Origin: an uncultured Candidatus Binatia bacterium
GTDB lineage: Bacteria; Desulfobacterota; Binatia; UBA9968; JAJDTQ01
DNA: 64,000 nt
Direction of reading: 5' to 3'
Assembly: GCA_965213675.1 (NCBI GenBank)
Contig: OZ243916.1
Span: 2,048,001-2,112,000, forward strand
The notes under the pieces were generated by a model. It did not search any database. It worked only from the letters and a program-made list of their open reading frames with translations, and had not been told where the DNA came from. Numbering within the stretch: position 1 is the first letter of the stretch; each line of letters starts with the position of its first letter. Below are positions 28,840 to 37,916 of the stretch, piece by piece. Both the position numbers and the translations under genes were made by a program.

Positions 28840-29865
28840 TCAAACGGGCACCGCACCCGCACCGGCGGCGGGGGCGCCACCGTCCGCGAGTTGCCGCAGT
28901 GCGCGCGTGACGTACACGCGGGTCATGCGCTTGCGATACCAGTAATCCATGTCCGCGTTGTCCAGTGGATGAGACACGCGCATGGCCAGTTCCGCCACTT
29001 CCTCGATGGCAGCGGCGTCCACGGGCCTGCCGCACAGCACGCGGGAGGCGTCCTCCACGGCCTTCGGCGCCGACGCCACCGCGGTCAGGACTATGCGCGC
29101 CGCCTCGCAGATTCCCGCTGCGTCGATCCGCAGCGCTCCCGCCACCCCCAGCACAGGGAAGTCGAAGGACCCCCGGCGGCGCAGCTTGAGGTAGACGTTG
29201 CGCCAGCCGAAGGAGGCCTCCGGGACCCACACCCCTTGCAGCAACTCGTCGGGCCGCTTGGCGAGGTAGTCGATGCCGTCGTCGCGGTACAGACTCGCCA
29301 GCGGCGCGCGGCGGCTCTCCGCGGCGCTCACCAGCACCGCCTCGGCGCCCAGGCTGCTCAGCACCGGCGCGGTGTCCGATGAGCAGATGGCGAGGCACAC
29401 CCGGCTCCCGGGCGCCACCAGGCAGATGTCGCCGTCCTTCTTGAGGCAGAAGCCCACGGCCTGACGCCAGAAGAAGGACTGATCGTAGTAGTTGCAGCGG
29501 GTATCCACGAACAGGTTGCCGCCGATAGTGCCGGCGTTGCGAAGCTGCAAGGTCGACACCAGGCCCGCGGCCGCCGCCAAGGCGGGAAACTCCCGGCGCA
29601 CCGTTTCGTGGCCTGCCACCGAAGTCAGCGTCTCGCCCGCGCCGATCCACAGCCCGCGGCCCTCCTCCCGGCGGATGCCCCGGTGCTCCTGGATGCGGCT
29701 CAGCGACACCAGATACCGCGGGGTGAACTGCCCCCGCTTCATCTTGGGATAGACGTCGGTGCCCCCGGCCACGGCCATGGCCTCCGTCCCCAGTTCCTGG
29801 AGCGCGCCGGAGGCCTCCGCCAGGGTGCGGGGCCGGATGTAGGTGAAATCGGGAAGTCGCAGCAT
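28840..29865 (-). CDS. hcrB: 4-hydroxybenzoyl-CoA reductase beta subunit (FAD, extra 4Fe-4S)
   Basis: AGGTD, RNAGTIGGNL, insert RCNYYDQSFFWR...CLKKDGDIC...RVC, KLRRRGSFDFP. Confidence 0.85.
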   Translation of the reverse strand: MLRLPDFTYIRPRTLAEASGALQELGTEAMAVAGGTDVYPKMKRGQFTPRYLVSLSRIQEHRGIRREEGRGLWIGAGETLTSVAGHETVRREFPALAAAAGLVSTLQLRNAGTIGGNLFVDTRCNYYDQSFFWRQAVGFCLKKDGDICLVAPGSRVCLAICSSDTAPVLSSLGAEAVLVSAAESRRAPLASLYRDDGIDYLAKRPDELLQGVWVPEASFGWRNVYLKLRRRGSFDFPVLGVAGALRIDAAGICEAARIVLTAVASAPKAVEDASRVLCGRPVDAAAIEEVAELAMRVSHPLDNADMDYWYRKRMTRVYVTRALRQLADGGAPAAGAGAVPV

Positions 29866-29879
29866 GGCCCGGCCTCAAC

Positions 29880-32249
29880 TCAGCTCTTTTGGGATACCTC
29901 GACGCCCTGGCCCGGCGCCCAGCGAATGGGCGCCGGGAATTCGAACTCCGGCACCGCGGGGTCCTTGAGGCGCTGGTCCAAGGCCCGCAGGATCTTGTCC
30001 GGTGTGATGGGGATCTCGTGAATGCGCACCCCCACTGCATCGAACACCGCGTTGGCCACCGCGGGGATCACCGGCAACAGCGGCCCCTGCCCGGCCTCCT
30101 TGGCGCCGAAGGGTCCCTCGGGGTCGTCGGTCTCCACCAGAATGGTCTCAATGGGCGGCGTCTCCAGGGTGGTGGGGCTCTTGTATTCGAGGATGGACGG
30201 GATCTTGTGCACCCCCGACTTGCGGAAGATCTGCTCTTCCATGAGCACCTCGCCCAGCGCCATGTAGACGCTGCCCTCCACCTGCCCCTCCACCCACAAG
30301 GGGTTGAAGGCGCGGCCGCAGTCGTGGGCGATCCACACTTTGTCGATGCGGATCTCGCCGGAATCGCCGTCGCAGTGGAGCTCCACCACCGCGGCGGAAT
30401 AGCTGTAGGACGGGGTGGGTCCGACGCCGGCGCCCTTGTAGTCGCCGGGATGACGCGGCGGCCGGTAGCTGCCGGTGGCCCCCAGCGTGCCGAAACGGGT
30501 CTCGGCGCGCTCCACGCATTCGGCGAAGGCCATGCCGCGATCCGGCAAACTGCGGCTCCGCACCTGCCCGTCCTCCATCTCCAGGTCGCCGGCGGGCACC
30601 TCCAGCACGTCGGACGCCACCTCGAACAGCCGCTCCTTGAGATTGCCGCAGGCCTCGATGGCGGCATTGCCGGTCATCACCGTGACGCGGCTGGAGTAGC
30701 TCCCCAGGTCCACAGGCGTGAGATCGGTGTCGGCGGTCACCACGCGCACATCCGCCGGCTGAAGCCCCAGTTCCTCGGCCACGGCGAAGGCCAGGATCGA
30801 GTCCGAGCCCTGGCCGATGTCGGTGGAGCCGCAGAACACCGTGACCCCACCGCCCCGGTCCGCCCGGAGCTGCACGCCCGAGTGGGGCATGTCGTTCCAG
30901 TAGATGGGCAGACCCGCGCCGCTGATATACGAGCTGGCGGCAAAACCGATGCCGTGGCCGTGGGGCAGCGCGCGGTGCTTGTCCTTCCAGCCCGCGCGCG
31001 CCGCCGCCTTCTCGATGCACTCCCGCAGCCCGATGGTGCTCACCCGCAGACCGTTCACCGTGACGCTGTTGGGCTCCACCACCTGCTTGAGGCGCATCTC
31101 CACCGGGTCCAACCCCAGCTTCTCGGCGATCTCGTCGAGCTGCACCTCCATGGCGAAGCGCGGCTGGGGCGTGCCGTGGCCGCGCTTGGGACCGCACGGC
31201 GGCTTGTTGGTGAACACGCGCACGCCCTCGAACTTGTAGGCCGGCAGTTCGTAGGTCACCGTCTGCAAGGCGCCGGTGTAGTAGACCGTGGCGAGGCCGT
31301 AACTGCTGTAGCCGCCGCCGTCGAGGAAGGAACGGAACCACATGCCGGTGAGGGCGCCGTCGCGCTTGACCCCGGTGCGCATCCACATCTTCACCGGGTG
31401 GCGCCCCCGGTGCACGTAGAACGATTCCTCCCGGGTGAGGGTGATCTTCACCGGCCGTCCGGTAATCATGGCCAGTTTCGCCACCGCGATCTCGTGGGAA
31501 AACGGGTCGCTCTTGCCGCCGAAGCCGCCGCCCACCGGCGTGGCCACCACCCGGATGCGCCCCATGGGCAGGCCCAGCACCCGGGACAGGGCGCGGTGCA
31601 CGTAGTGCGGCGTCTGGGTGGAGGACCACAGGGTCAGCTTGCCGTCGGGCGTGCAGTTCGCCAGCGCGCAGTACTGCTCCATGGGCAGATGCGTGTTGCC
31701 CTGAAAGAAATACGTCCCCTCGAAGACTTCGTCCGCCTCCTCGAAGCCAGCGTCGATGTCGCCGAACTCGAAAGACACGGCCTTCTGGATGTTGGCGCGC
31801 CGGTTCCAGGTGTGGATGCGCTGGTCCTCGGCCGCCAGCGCCCCTTCGATGGTGAGGATCGGGTCGAGCACCTGGTAGTCCACGTCGATGAGACCCAGCG
31901 CCGCCTCCGCCACCTCCTCGCTCACCGCCGCCACCGCAGCCACCGGGTCGCCGACGTAGCGCGCCTTGTCCACCGCCAGCGCCTCCTCGTCCTGGGTGGA
32001 GGGCATGATGCCGAACTTCGTGGGCACGTCCGCGCCGGTGATGACCGCGTGGACGCCGGGCAGTTCCAGCGCCCGTTGCGCCGAGACCCCGTGCACCAAG
32101 GCATGCGGATGCGGGCTCCGCAACAGACGGCAGAACAGCATGCGCGGCAGCGCCATGTCGTCGGCGTAGCGCGTGTCCCCCGCGCACTTGGCCGGGCCGT
32201 CGATGCGCGGCAGCGGCTTGCCGATGACCGAGAACTCCGTTTTCTTCAT
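29880..32249 (-). CDS. hcrA: 4-hydroxybenzoyl-CoA reductase alpha subunit (Mo-binding)
   Basis: GGGFGGK, HRGRHP, CGPKRGHGTPQ, DLGSYSSRVT, GAKEAGQG; adjacent hcrB/hcrC-like genes. Confidence 0.8.
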   Translation of the reverse strand: MKKTEFSVIGKPLPRIDGPAKCAGDTRYADDMALPRMLFCRLLRSPHPHALVHGVSAQRALELPGVHAVITGADVPTKFGIMPSTQDEEALAVDKARYVGDPVAAVAAVSEEVAEAALGLIDVDYQVLDPILTIEGALAAEDQRIHTWNRRANIQKAVSFEFGDIDAGFEEADEVFEGTYFFQGNTHLPMEQYCALANCTPDGKLTLWSSTQTPHYVHRALSRVLGLPMGRIRVVATPVGGGFGGKSDPFSHEIAVAKLAMITGRPVKITLTREESFYVHRGRHPVKMWMRTGVKRDGALTGMWFRSFLDGGGYSSYGLATVYYTGALQTVTYELPAYKFEGVRVFTNKPPCGPKRGHGTPQPRFAMEVQLDEIAEKLGLDPVEMRLKQVVEPNSVTVNGLRVSTIGLRECIEKAAARAGWKDKHRALPHGHGIGFAASSYISGAGLPIYWNDMPHSGVQLRADRGGGVTVFCGSTDIGQGSDSILAFAVAEELGLQPADVRVVTADTDLTPVDLGSYSSRVTVMTGNAAIEACGNLKERLFEVASDVLEVPAGDLEMEDGQVRSRSLPDRGMAFAECVERAETRFGTLGATGSYRPPRHPGDYKGAGVGPTPSYSYSAAVVELHCDGDSGEIRIDKVWIAHDCGRAFNPLWVEGQVEGSVYMALGEVLMEEQIFRKSGVHKIPSILEYKSPTTLETPPIETILVETDDPEGPFGAKEAGQGPLLPVIPAVANAVFDAVGVRIHEIPITPDKILRALDQRLKDPAVPEFEFPAPIRWAPGQGVEVSQKS

Positions 32250-32536
32250 GCCCGCGTCCCTTCCTCGCCCCGCATTCCCCCGGTTCTTTCGATGAGTACC
32301 CGCATGGCGTCAGCCTGAGTGGCCAGCGACTGCATTGCTTCACGGTGACGCACATCCAGCGCCTGCATCGTTTCGCGGTGACGCGCATCCTCGCGCTTCT
32401 CACGCTGGTCGCCAGCCCTGCGCATTTGCTGGAGGCCCCTCCACACGAGGATGACTCCCGTGATCCCGATGGCCAGTTGTCCGGCTCCGATGGCCAGTTG
32501 TCCGGCGGCGAACCATTCCACCATTGTCATGTCCAT
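32246..32536 (-). CDS. Small hypothetical single-TM / coiled-coil protein
   Basis: 96 aa ORF, hydrophobic N-terminus with GQLAIG duplicated, ATGA overlap with hcrA start. Confidence 0.6.
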   Translation of the reverse strand: MDMTMVEWFAAGQLAIGAGQLAIGITGVILVWRGLQQMRRAGDQREKREDARHRETMQALDVRHREAMQSLATQADAMRVLIERTGGMRGEEGTRA

Positions 32537-32557
32537 CCCGACGCTTCTCCGGACCCC

Positions 32558-33052
32558 TTAACCGCGCATCGCCCCCACCGCCCGCTCCACCGCTTCGATG
32601 ATCTTCGTGTATCCCGTGCAGCGGCACAGGTTGCCCGACAATGCCTCTTCGATGTCGGCGCGCTTGGGCTCCGGCTGCCTGTCCAGCAGCGCCTTGGCCG
32701 CCAGCAGGATGCCGGGAATGCAGTAGCCGCATTGAGCCGCGCCCAAGTCCGAGAACGCCTCCTGCAAGGGGTGCGGCCGGCCTTGCCGGGCCAGCCCCTC
32801 GACGGTGGTGATCTCCCGGCCCTCGGCCTCCAGCGCCAGCATCAGGCACGAGTAGACGGGCTCGCCGTCCACCAGCACCGTGCAGGCGCCGCATTCTCCC
32901 AATTCGCAGCCGTGCTTGGTGCCGGTGAGGCCCAGATCCTCCCGGAGCACCTCCAGCAGGCTGTGGGCGATGTGGCCCGCCACCTCGTGCGGCTCGCCGT
33001 TGACCTGGAGCCGCATCAGACACTTGCCGGTAATGGTATCGCTGTCGGACAT
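32558..33052 (-). CDS. hcrC: (2Fe-2S) subunit, 4-hydroxybenzoyl-CoA reductase gamma
   Basis: GTKHGCELGECGACTVL, QCGYCIPG, GNLCRCTGY. Confidence 0.85.
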   Translation of the reverse strand: MSDSDTITGKCLMRLQVNGEPHEVAGHIAHSLLEVLREDLGLTGTKHGCELGECGACTVLVDGEPVYSCLMLALEAEGREITTVEGLARQGRPHPLQEAFSDLGAAQCGYCIPGILLAAKALLDRQPEPKRADIEEALSGNLCRCTGYTKIIEAVERAVGAMRG

Positions 33053-33060
33053 CGCGTAGC

Positions 33061-34302
33061 TCAACTTTGAAAGAACCTCCTGGCCTTCAATTCGAAGCGG
33101 GGCAGCGTCCCCGGCGCCACCACCACCACCTCCGGGCGCACATGCAGATTTTCCCGGATGGCCTCGGTGACGCGCGCCCCGAGCCCCGCCGGCGTCGCCG
33201 CCTCGCCCGGCTCCAACGTCACCTTCAACGCGGCCAGGCCCTCGGTCCGAACCACGTCCACGCGGAATTCCTCCACTTCCGCAAACCGCCGGACGATGTC
33301 CTCCAGCGCGCTCGGAAACACGTTGACGCCCCGCACCACCACCATATCATCCACACGCCCCAGAACACCCCCCTCCAGCACCAGCGAGTCGCGTCCGCAC
33401 GCGCAGCCGCGGCGCGGCTCCACCAGGTCGCCGGTGCGGTAGCGGATGACCGGGCTCCCGACCCGGCCCAGGTTGGTCAGCACCAGCTCGCCGCGGGCGC
33501 CGTCCGGCAGCCCCGCGCCGCTCTCCGGGTCCACCACCTCGGCGATGAACTCGTCCTCGTTGACATGCACGGCCCCGGGCCGGACGCCGCAGGCGAAACC
33601 GAAGGCGCCCACCTCGGTGGCGCCGGCGTGATCGAAACAGCGGGCGCCCCAAGCCTCCTCGATGCGCCGCCGGGTCGCCGCGATGCTCGCCCCGGGCTCC
33701 CCCGCGTGGACCGTGATGCGCACCGCCGACTCCCGCGCCAGGTCCAGGTCCGCCCGGCGCGCCTCCGCGGCCATGTGCAGCGCGTAGGTAGGCGTGCACA
33801 CCAGCACGGTGGCGCCGTATTCCACGAGGCTATTGAGCCGCTGCCGCGTGGACTGCCCGCCGCCGGAAATGGCCAGCGCGCCCAGCTTGCGCGCGCCCTC
33901 CCAACCGCTCCAGAATCCCACGAACGGCCCGAACGAAAACGGAAAGAATATGCGGTCGTCCGAGCGTGCTCCGGCCGCCTCCAGCACGGTCCTCCAGCAC
34001 TCGCCCCACCAATCCCACGACGCCTCGGTATCCAGCCAATACATGGGGCGCCCGGTGGTGCCCGAGGTCTGGTGCACGCGCACGTAGCGGTCCAGAGGAT
34101 ACGTCAGGCCGCTGCCGAACGGCGGATGGCGGCGTTGGTCGTCCACCAGCTCCTGCTTGGTCGTGAAGGGCCACTCCGAGATCTGGCGCAGCGCTTCCAG
34201 CGGCCGTTCGACGCACCCGGCGAGCTTGCGCCGGTAGAACGCGTTGGTCCGGAGGACCTCGTCGATCATGCCGTTGAGCCTGTCCAGCCGGTGGCATCCC
34301 AT
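33061..34302 (-). CDS. Phenylacetate-CoA ligase (PaaK)-family acyl-CoA ligase
   Basis: PFTTKQEL, HQTSGTTGRP, DHAGATEVG, IRYRTGD, GRVDDMVVVRGVNVFP. Confidence 0.9.
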   Translation of the reverse strand: MGCHRLDRLNGMIDEVLRTNAFYRRKLAGCVERPLEALRQISEWPFTTKQELVDDQRRHPPFGSGLTYPLDRYVRVHQTSGTTGRPMYWLDTEASWDWWGECWRTVLEAAGARSDDRIFFPFSFGPFVGFWSGWEGARKLGALAISGGGQSTRQRLNSLVEYGATVLVCTPTYALHMAAEARRADLDLARESAVRITVHAGEPGASIAATRRRIEEAWGARCFDHAGATEVGAFGFACGVRPGAVHVNEDEFIAEVVDPESGAGLPDGARGELVLTNLGRVGSPVIRYRTGDLVEPRRGCACGRDSLVLEGGVLGRVDDMVVVRGVNVFPSALEDIVRRFAEVEEFRVDVVRTEGLAALKVTLEPGEAATPAGLGARVTEAIRENLHVRPEVVVVAPGTLPRFELKARRFFQS

Positions 34303-34578
34303 GTCCCGTCAACCTTGCCACGGAACCCCGGCCCGGCTCAACCAATGTCCAGGAATGCACCGCAAGGCATGGAACGCATCCGTGGCGATGACGTATCGCC
34401 AGGAAACCCACTGGCGTCATGTCATCGAATCCCTGACCGATGGTCCCTGGAATAGGGTGTCCGTCTGCACTATGGTACTTTGGTTTCGATTCCTGCTCCG
34501 CAAACCAAAAGACGTTCGGGCTGGTGGCGGACTGCCAGAAGCGGAACACGGGGAAGTGGCATCTGGAGGCATTTCGGG

Positions 34579-35505
34579 ATGGCCGACAAGCGTTGTTTCG
34601 TTCAATTTCCGCATCCTGGAGACGAGCACAAACCAGACCGCAATGGCAAGATCGGTTGGAACCAGAGGCGCTACGCTCACAAACGGAAGTTCATGCAGTT
34701 TCGTGGTGAGTGGATCGACGAGGACGGCGGCCGGCATCGTGGGGACCTGCGCGCGTGGGGCGAGTGGGAGCCCGAATCGGAGCTCATCCGCAGGCTCCAT
34801 CCCCCGAAGGGCAGTCCACGTCATCCCCGCTACCTTTGGAAACCGTATTGGGTTCCGAGGAGCAACTACGAGGGATTGCACGACACCGATCCATTCATCT
34901 TCGACAATGGCTTCCTTTATTCGAACTGCGGCCAGTCGGCCCCGAACAAGCGCGGGCTGAAGCGCCTTGCCGCAGGTTCCGTGATCGCCTTTGGAAGTTG
35001 CAAGAAGATCGACGGGACATGGAATTGGGTGCTCGATACCGTGTTGGTGGTCAGGAACAGTTGCCTGTACGAGCCGCGAGATCCACGGGAATCACTGGAG
35101 GGCAAGGTGTCTGACGCATTTCTGGATGTGACCGGCGGACCTTTGTCCGATAACGATGGGGAACCCTATTCTTCAGGGTATTGTGCCCCGACATCTGAAC
35201 CACTTCGGCTCTACCGGGGTGCGACACCCGACGATCCGGTGGACGGCATGTTCAGCTTCTTTCCCGCTATACCGGCTGATGGTGAATCGAGCTTCGCGCG
35301 GCCGGTCATCCAACTTTCGAGCGAACACCTCAATCCCGGAAATTTGCGGGCTCCCAAAGGGCACGGGCACAGTCGCCAGGCTCAAGAGTTGCGCGGCCTG
35401 TGGGACTCGCTCGTCAAACAGGTCCGCAAGAAACAACTCGTCCTGGGCACGCACGCTGCAATGCCGGAACCCAAGTCCGTTGGGCGCCAGTGTCGTGTCC
35501 CGTAA
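34579..35505 (+). CDS. Hypothetical protein (visibly lower GC)
   Basis: 308-codon ORF after GGAGG; motifs FVQFPHPGDEH, WGEWEPES, DTDPFIF..FLYSNCGQ, LDTVLVV. Confidence 0.75.
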   Translation: MADKRCFVQFPHPGDEHKPDRNGKIGWNQRRYAHKRKFMQFRGEWIDEDGGRHRGDLRAWGEWEPESELIRRLHPPKGSPRHPRYLWKPYWVPRSNYEGLHDTDPFIFDNGFLYSNCGQSAPNKRGLKRLAAGSVIAFGSCKKIDGTWNWVLDTVLVVRNSCLYEPRDPRESLEGKVSDAFLDVTGGPLSDNDGEPYSSGYCAPTSEPLRLYRGATPDDPVDGMFSFFPAIPADGESSFARPVIQLSSEHLNPGNLRAPKGHGHSRQAQELRGLWDSLVKQVRKKQLVLGTHAAMPEPKSVGRQCRVP

Positions 35506-35650
35506 ACAACTGCGACAAGTTGTGCAGGATTTTTGTTGTCGGCAAGGCGCGATGACGAGCAGTGGCGGTTACCACGCGAGGAAGAGCAACACAGCCGGCG
35601 GCGAATAAGGACAGCCAATTATCGCAGGAATTGGCGGGACACGACACCAG
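35487..35650 (+). mobile_element. MITE-like element family B (164 bp)
   Basis: Inverted ends CCAGTGTCGTGTCCCG / CGGGACACGACACCAG; core GCAAGGCGCGATGACGAGCAGTGGCGGTTACCACGCGAGGAAGAGCAAC shared with inverted copy at 58253-58416. Confidence 0.85.
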
Positions 35651-35821
35651 GCGCCTGCGCCGCAGGACGCATGGTGGCGAATCAAACGAAGGGAGTTGTT
35701 GCGCGGGAACCGCGTTGACAGCATTTGGCCGCTCTGGTAACGGCGTGTCAGAGGTTGCGGCGGCGAAGACATGCTTCCGAAGTCATCCTGCAACCAACCC
35801 GCCGAAACGAGGAGGAAACCG

Positions 35822-36862
35822 ATGGAAGGACATGAACCGCGGGGCGTCGTGCATTGGATCGATCATTTTATCGTGGGCACCAACGACATGGTGAAATGGG
35901 TCGATTGGGCGGTGAACGCCACGGGCATCACCCGCAGGCCCATCGTCGGCATCACCACCACCGCGCGCAAGAAGGATGTCCCGATCATGTGCTTCCTGTG
36001 GTGGGATGGCGAGTCCTGCCGCATCGGCGCGTTCCTCCAACCCGAGGTCTACCCGCAGGCCAGGCCGCTGGGCGAGGAGTTGCCGCGGTGCGGCTTCTAC
36101 ATCCGGCCCGAGGATGTGGACCGGCACGTCAGGCGCCTCGACAGTCATGGAATTCCGCACACGGACCCGGTGCGGACCGCGGACGGCGGCGACGAGGGCA
36201 CGGTGATCTACTTCGCCGACCCCGACGGCAATCAGTTCGAGTTCTGGGCGCCGGAGCACATGCCCGAAGGCGCCATGGAAATGGCCACCACCGAGGGCGT
36301 GGGCCGCATCAGCCATGCCGTCTACGGTTCCCGGAACCTGGGCCGCACCGCCGACTTCTTCGGCAAGTATTGCGCCCTGGAGCCGGAAGTGAACCCCAAC
36401 GTGGCCGAGGGCAACCTGGTGCTGCGGCTGCACGCCGGCGGCCGGATCATCTACAAGCTCGTGGACCGGGTGGACGAACGCGTGGCCGGGCACGGTCCGT
36501 GGTGGGACATGCACACGGCGCTGACCGTGCGCGCCGATGAGTTCATGCCCAACTACCGGCGCATGTGGGAGACCCTGCCCGAGGAAGCCATGGCCAAGGA
36601 AGAAGACAGCCTGACCCTGGAGCAGGAGGACGCCCTGCCCGCCCGTACGGGCCTGCACCGGAGTCCGGTGGGCTACCGCTGGAAAGCCATGTTCGAGCGC
36701 GGCGACGAATTCTACGACTGGGACGGCCACGCATTCCATTTCTTCGGCGGCAAGCCCATTAAGGACGACGGTTCGCTGGCCCTGTACACCATCGTGGAGC
36801 AGCAAGAGTACCTCACCGAGGTGGCCGTGGAGGCCGGGAAGGCGCGGGCGGCCCACGGCTGA
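35822..36862 (+). CDS. Tandem VOC (glyoxalase/extradiol dioxygenase fold) protein
   Basis: IDHFIVGTND, IYFADPDGNQFE, ISHAVYG, FYDWDGHAFH; GGAGG before ATG 35822. Confidence 0.85.
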   Translation: MEGHEPRGVVHWIDHFIVGTNDMVKWVDWAVNATGITRRPIVGITTTARKKDVPIMCFLWWDGESCRIGAFLQPEVYPQARPLGEELPRCGFYIRPEDVDRHVRRLDSHGIPHTDPVRTADGGDEGTVIYFADPDGNQFEFWAPEHMPEGAMEMATTEGVGRISHAVYGSRNLGRTADFFGKYCALEPEVNPNVAEGNLVLRLHAGGRIIYKLVDRVDERVAGHGPWWDMHTALTVRADEFMPNYRRMWETLPEEAMAKEEDSLTLEQEDALPARTGLHRSPVGYRWKAMFERGDEFYDWDGHAFHFFGGKPIKDDGSLALYTIVEQQEYLTEVAVEAGKARAAHG

Positions 36863-36987
36863 CGGCCATTTCACCCACGCTCAAGATCAGCCGCGGCCCA
36901 GTTTGGCCGTGGTCAAAGACGGCGCACAACCGGCCCGCACCCGTTTGCGACATCCGGCGACGCGTCCGGTTCAGCCAGGAGGCATTC

Positions 36988-37872
36988 ATGGAAGTGGTCA
37001 AGGTCGATTTCAGGGGCACCAAGGGTATTCCCCCCTCGGGGTTGTGCGTGGGCGTGCATCGTGCCGGGGCCGTGCACCAGAAGATGGTGGAGAAGTATGG
37101 CGACGGCATCGCCGTGTGGTCCCTGCGACCCGAGAACGACTTCATCGCGTTCAAATCGCTGGAAGACGAGGAGGGCATCCGCTCCACCAACGACATGGAC
37201 TCCATCAAGGATGAGAGACTCATCTATGGTGTGCGCGGCGCGCCTCCGGAAATTCGCAGGCAGGCCAGGGAGCAGGGGCTGGAGCTTCTGGCCGACGCCA
37301 CCTGCCCGTTCGTGGTGCAGCAGGAGGAGGCGGAGCTGGAGTTGCTGGAACAGGGTTGTCACCTCGTGATCCTGAGCAGCCGCACGCACCACGGCATCCC
37401 GCGCCTCATGGGCATCGCCAAGGAGAAGGAGCGGGAGGTGTTCATCGTCGAGACGGAAGCGGACGTGGCCGACATCCGCCTGACCCGCTTCGAGCCGGTG
37501 GGAGTCATCGTACAGACCACCTTCTGGATGGAGAGCTATACCGGGATCATGACCCGGATCCTCGAACGCTTCGCCAACGTGCGCATCCGCAACACCGCCT
37601 GCATCGACTCGCTGCAGCGCCTGCCCAAGGTGGAGGCGCTGGCGCGCGACGTGGAGGCGGTGGTCATCTTCGGCTGGACCGAGGGCATGACCAACCGCAT
37701 GGAGGAGGTGGCGCGGGCGTTCAACGACCATGTCCACCGCATCGAGAAGATCGACGACCTGGAGCGCTCGTGGTTCACGGGCAAGTCGCGGGTCGGCATC
37801 GTCGGCGCCAACGAGACCACCGACGAACTGGTGAACGAGGCCGTGGAACGCATCAAGTCCATGGCCGCCTGA
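36988..37872 (+). CDS. Divergent IspH/LytB-fold Fe-S protein
   Basis: GLCVGV, DATCPFV, VQTT, NTAC, WF...VGIVGANET match IspH architecture; substrate-binding residues altered. Confidence 0.8.
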   Translation: MEVVKVDFRGTKGIPPSGLCVGVHRAGAVHQKMVEKYGDGIAVWSLRPENDFIAFKSLEDEEGIRSTNDMDSIKDERLIYGVRGAPPEIRRQAREQGLELLADATCPFVVQQEEAELELLEQGCHLVILSSRTHHGIPRLMGIAKEKEREVFIVETEADVADIRLTRFEPVGVIVQTTFWMESYTGIMTRILERFANVRIRNTACIDSLQRLPKVEALARDVEAVVIFGWTEGMTNRMEEVARAFNDHVHRIEKIDDLERSWFTGKSRVGIVGANETTDELVNEAVERIKSMAA

Positions 37873-37916
37873 GGGCACAGCCGCCGGGAGAAACCCCACG
37901 CGGGAGGGAACCGCAC

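Noticed and set aside
28820-30040. 891-aa version of the dynamin-like ORF
   Set aside because: The extension overlaps hcrB in another frame and has no motifs
37356-37916. IspH-UbiD fusion or 675-aa UbiD
   Set aside because: Different frames; the IspH-like gene has its own stop and UbiD its own RBS and ATG at 37917
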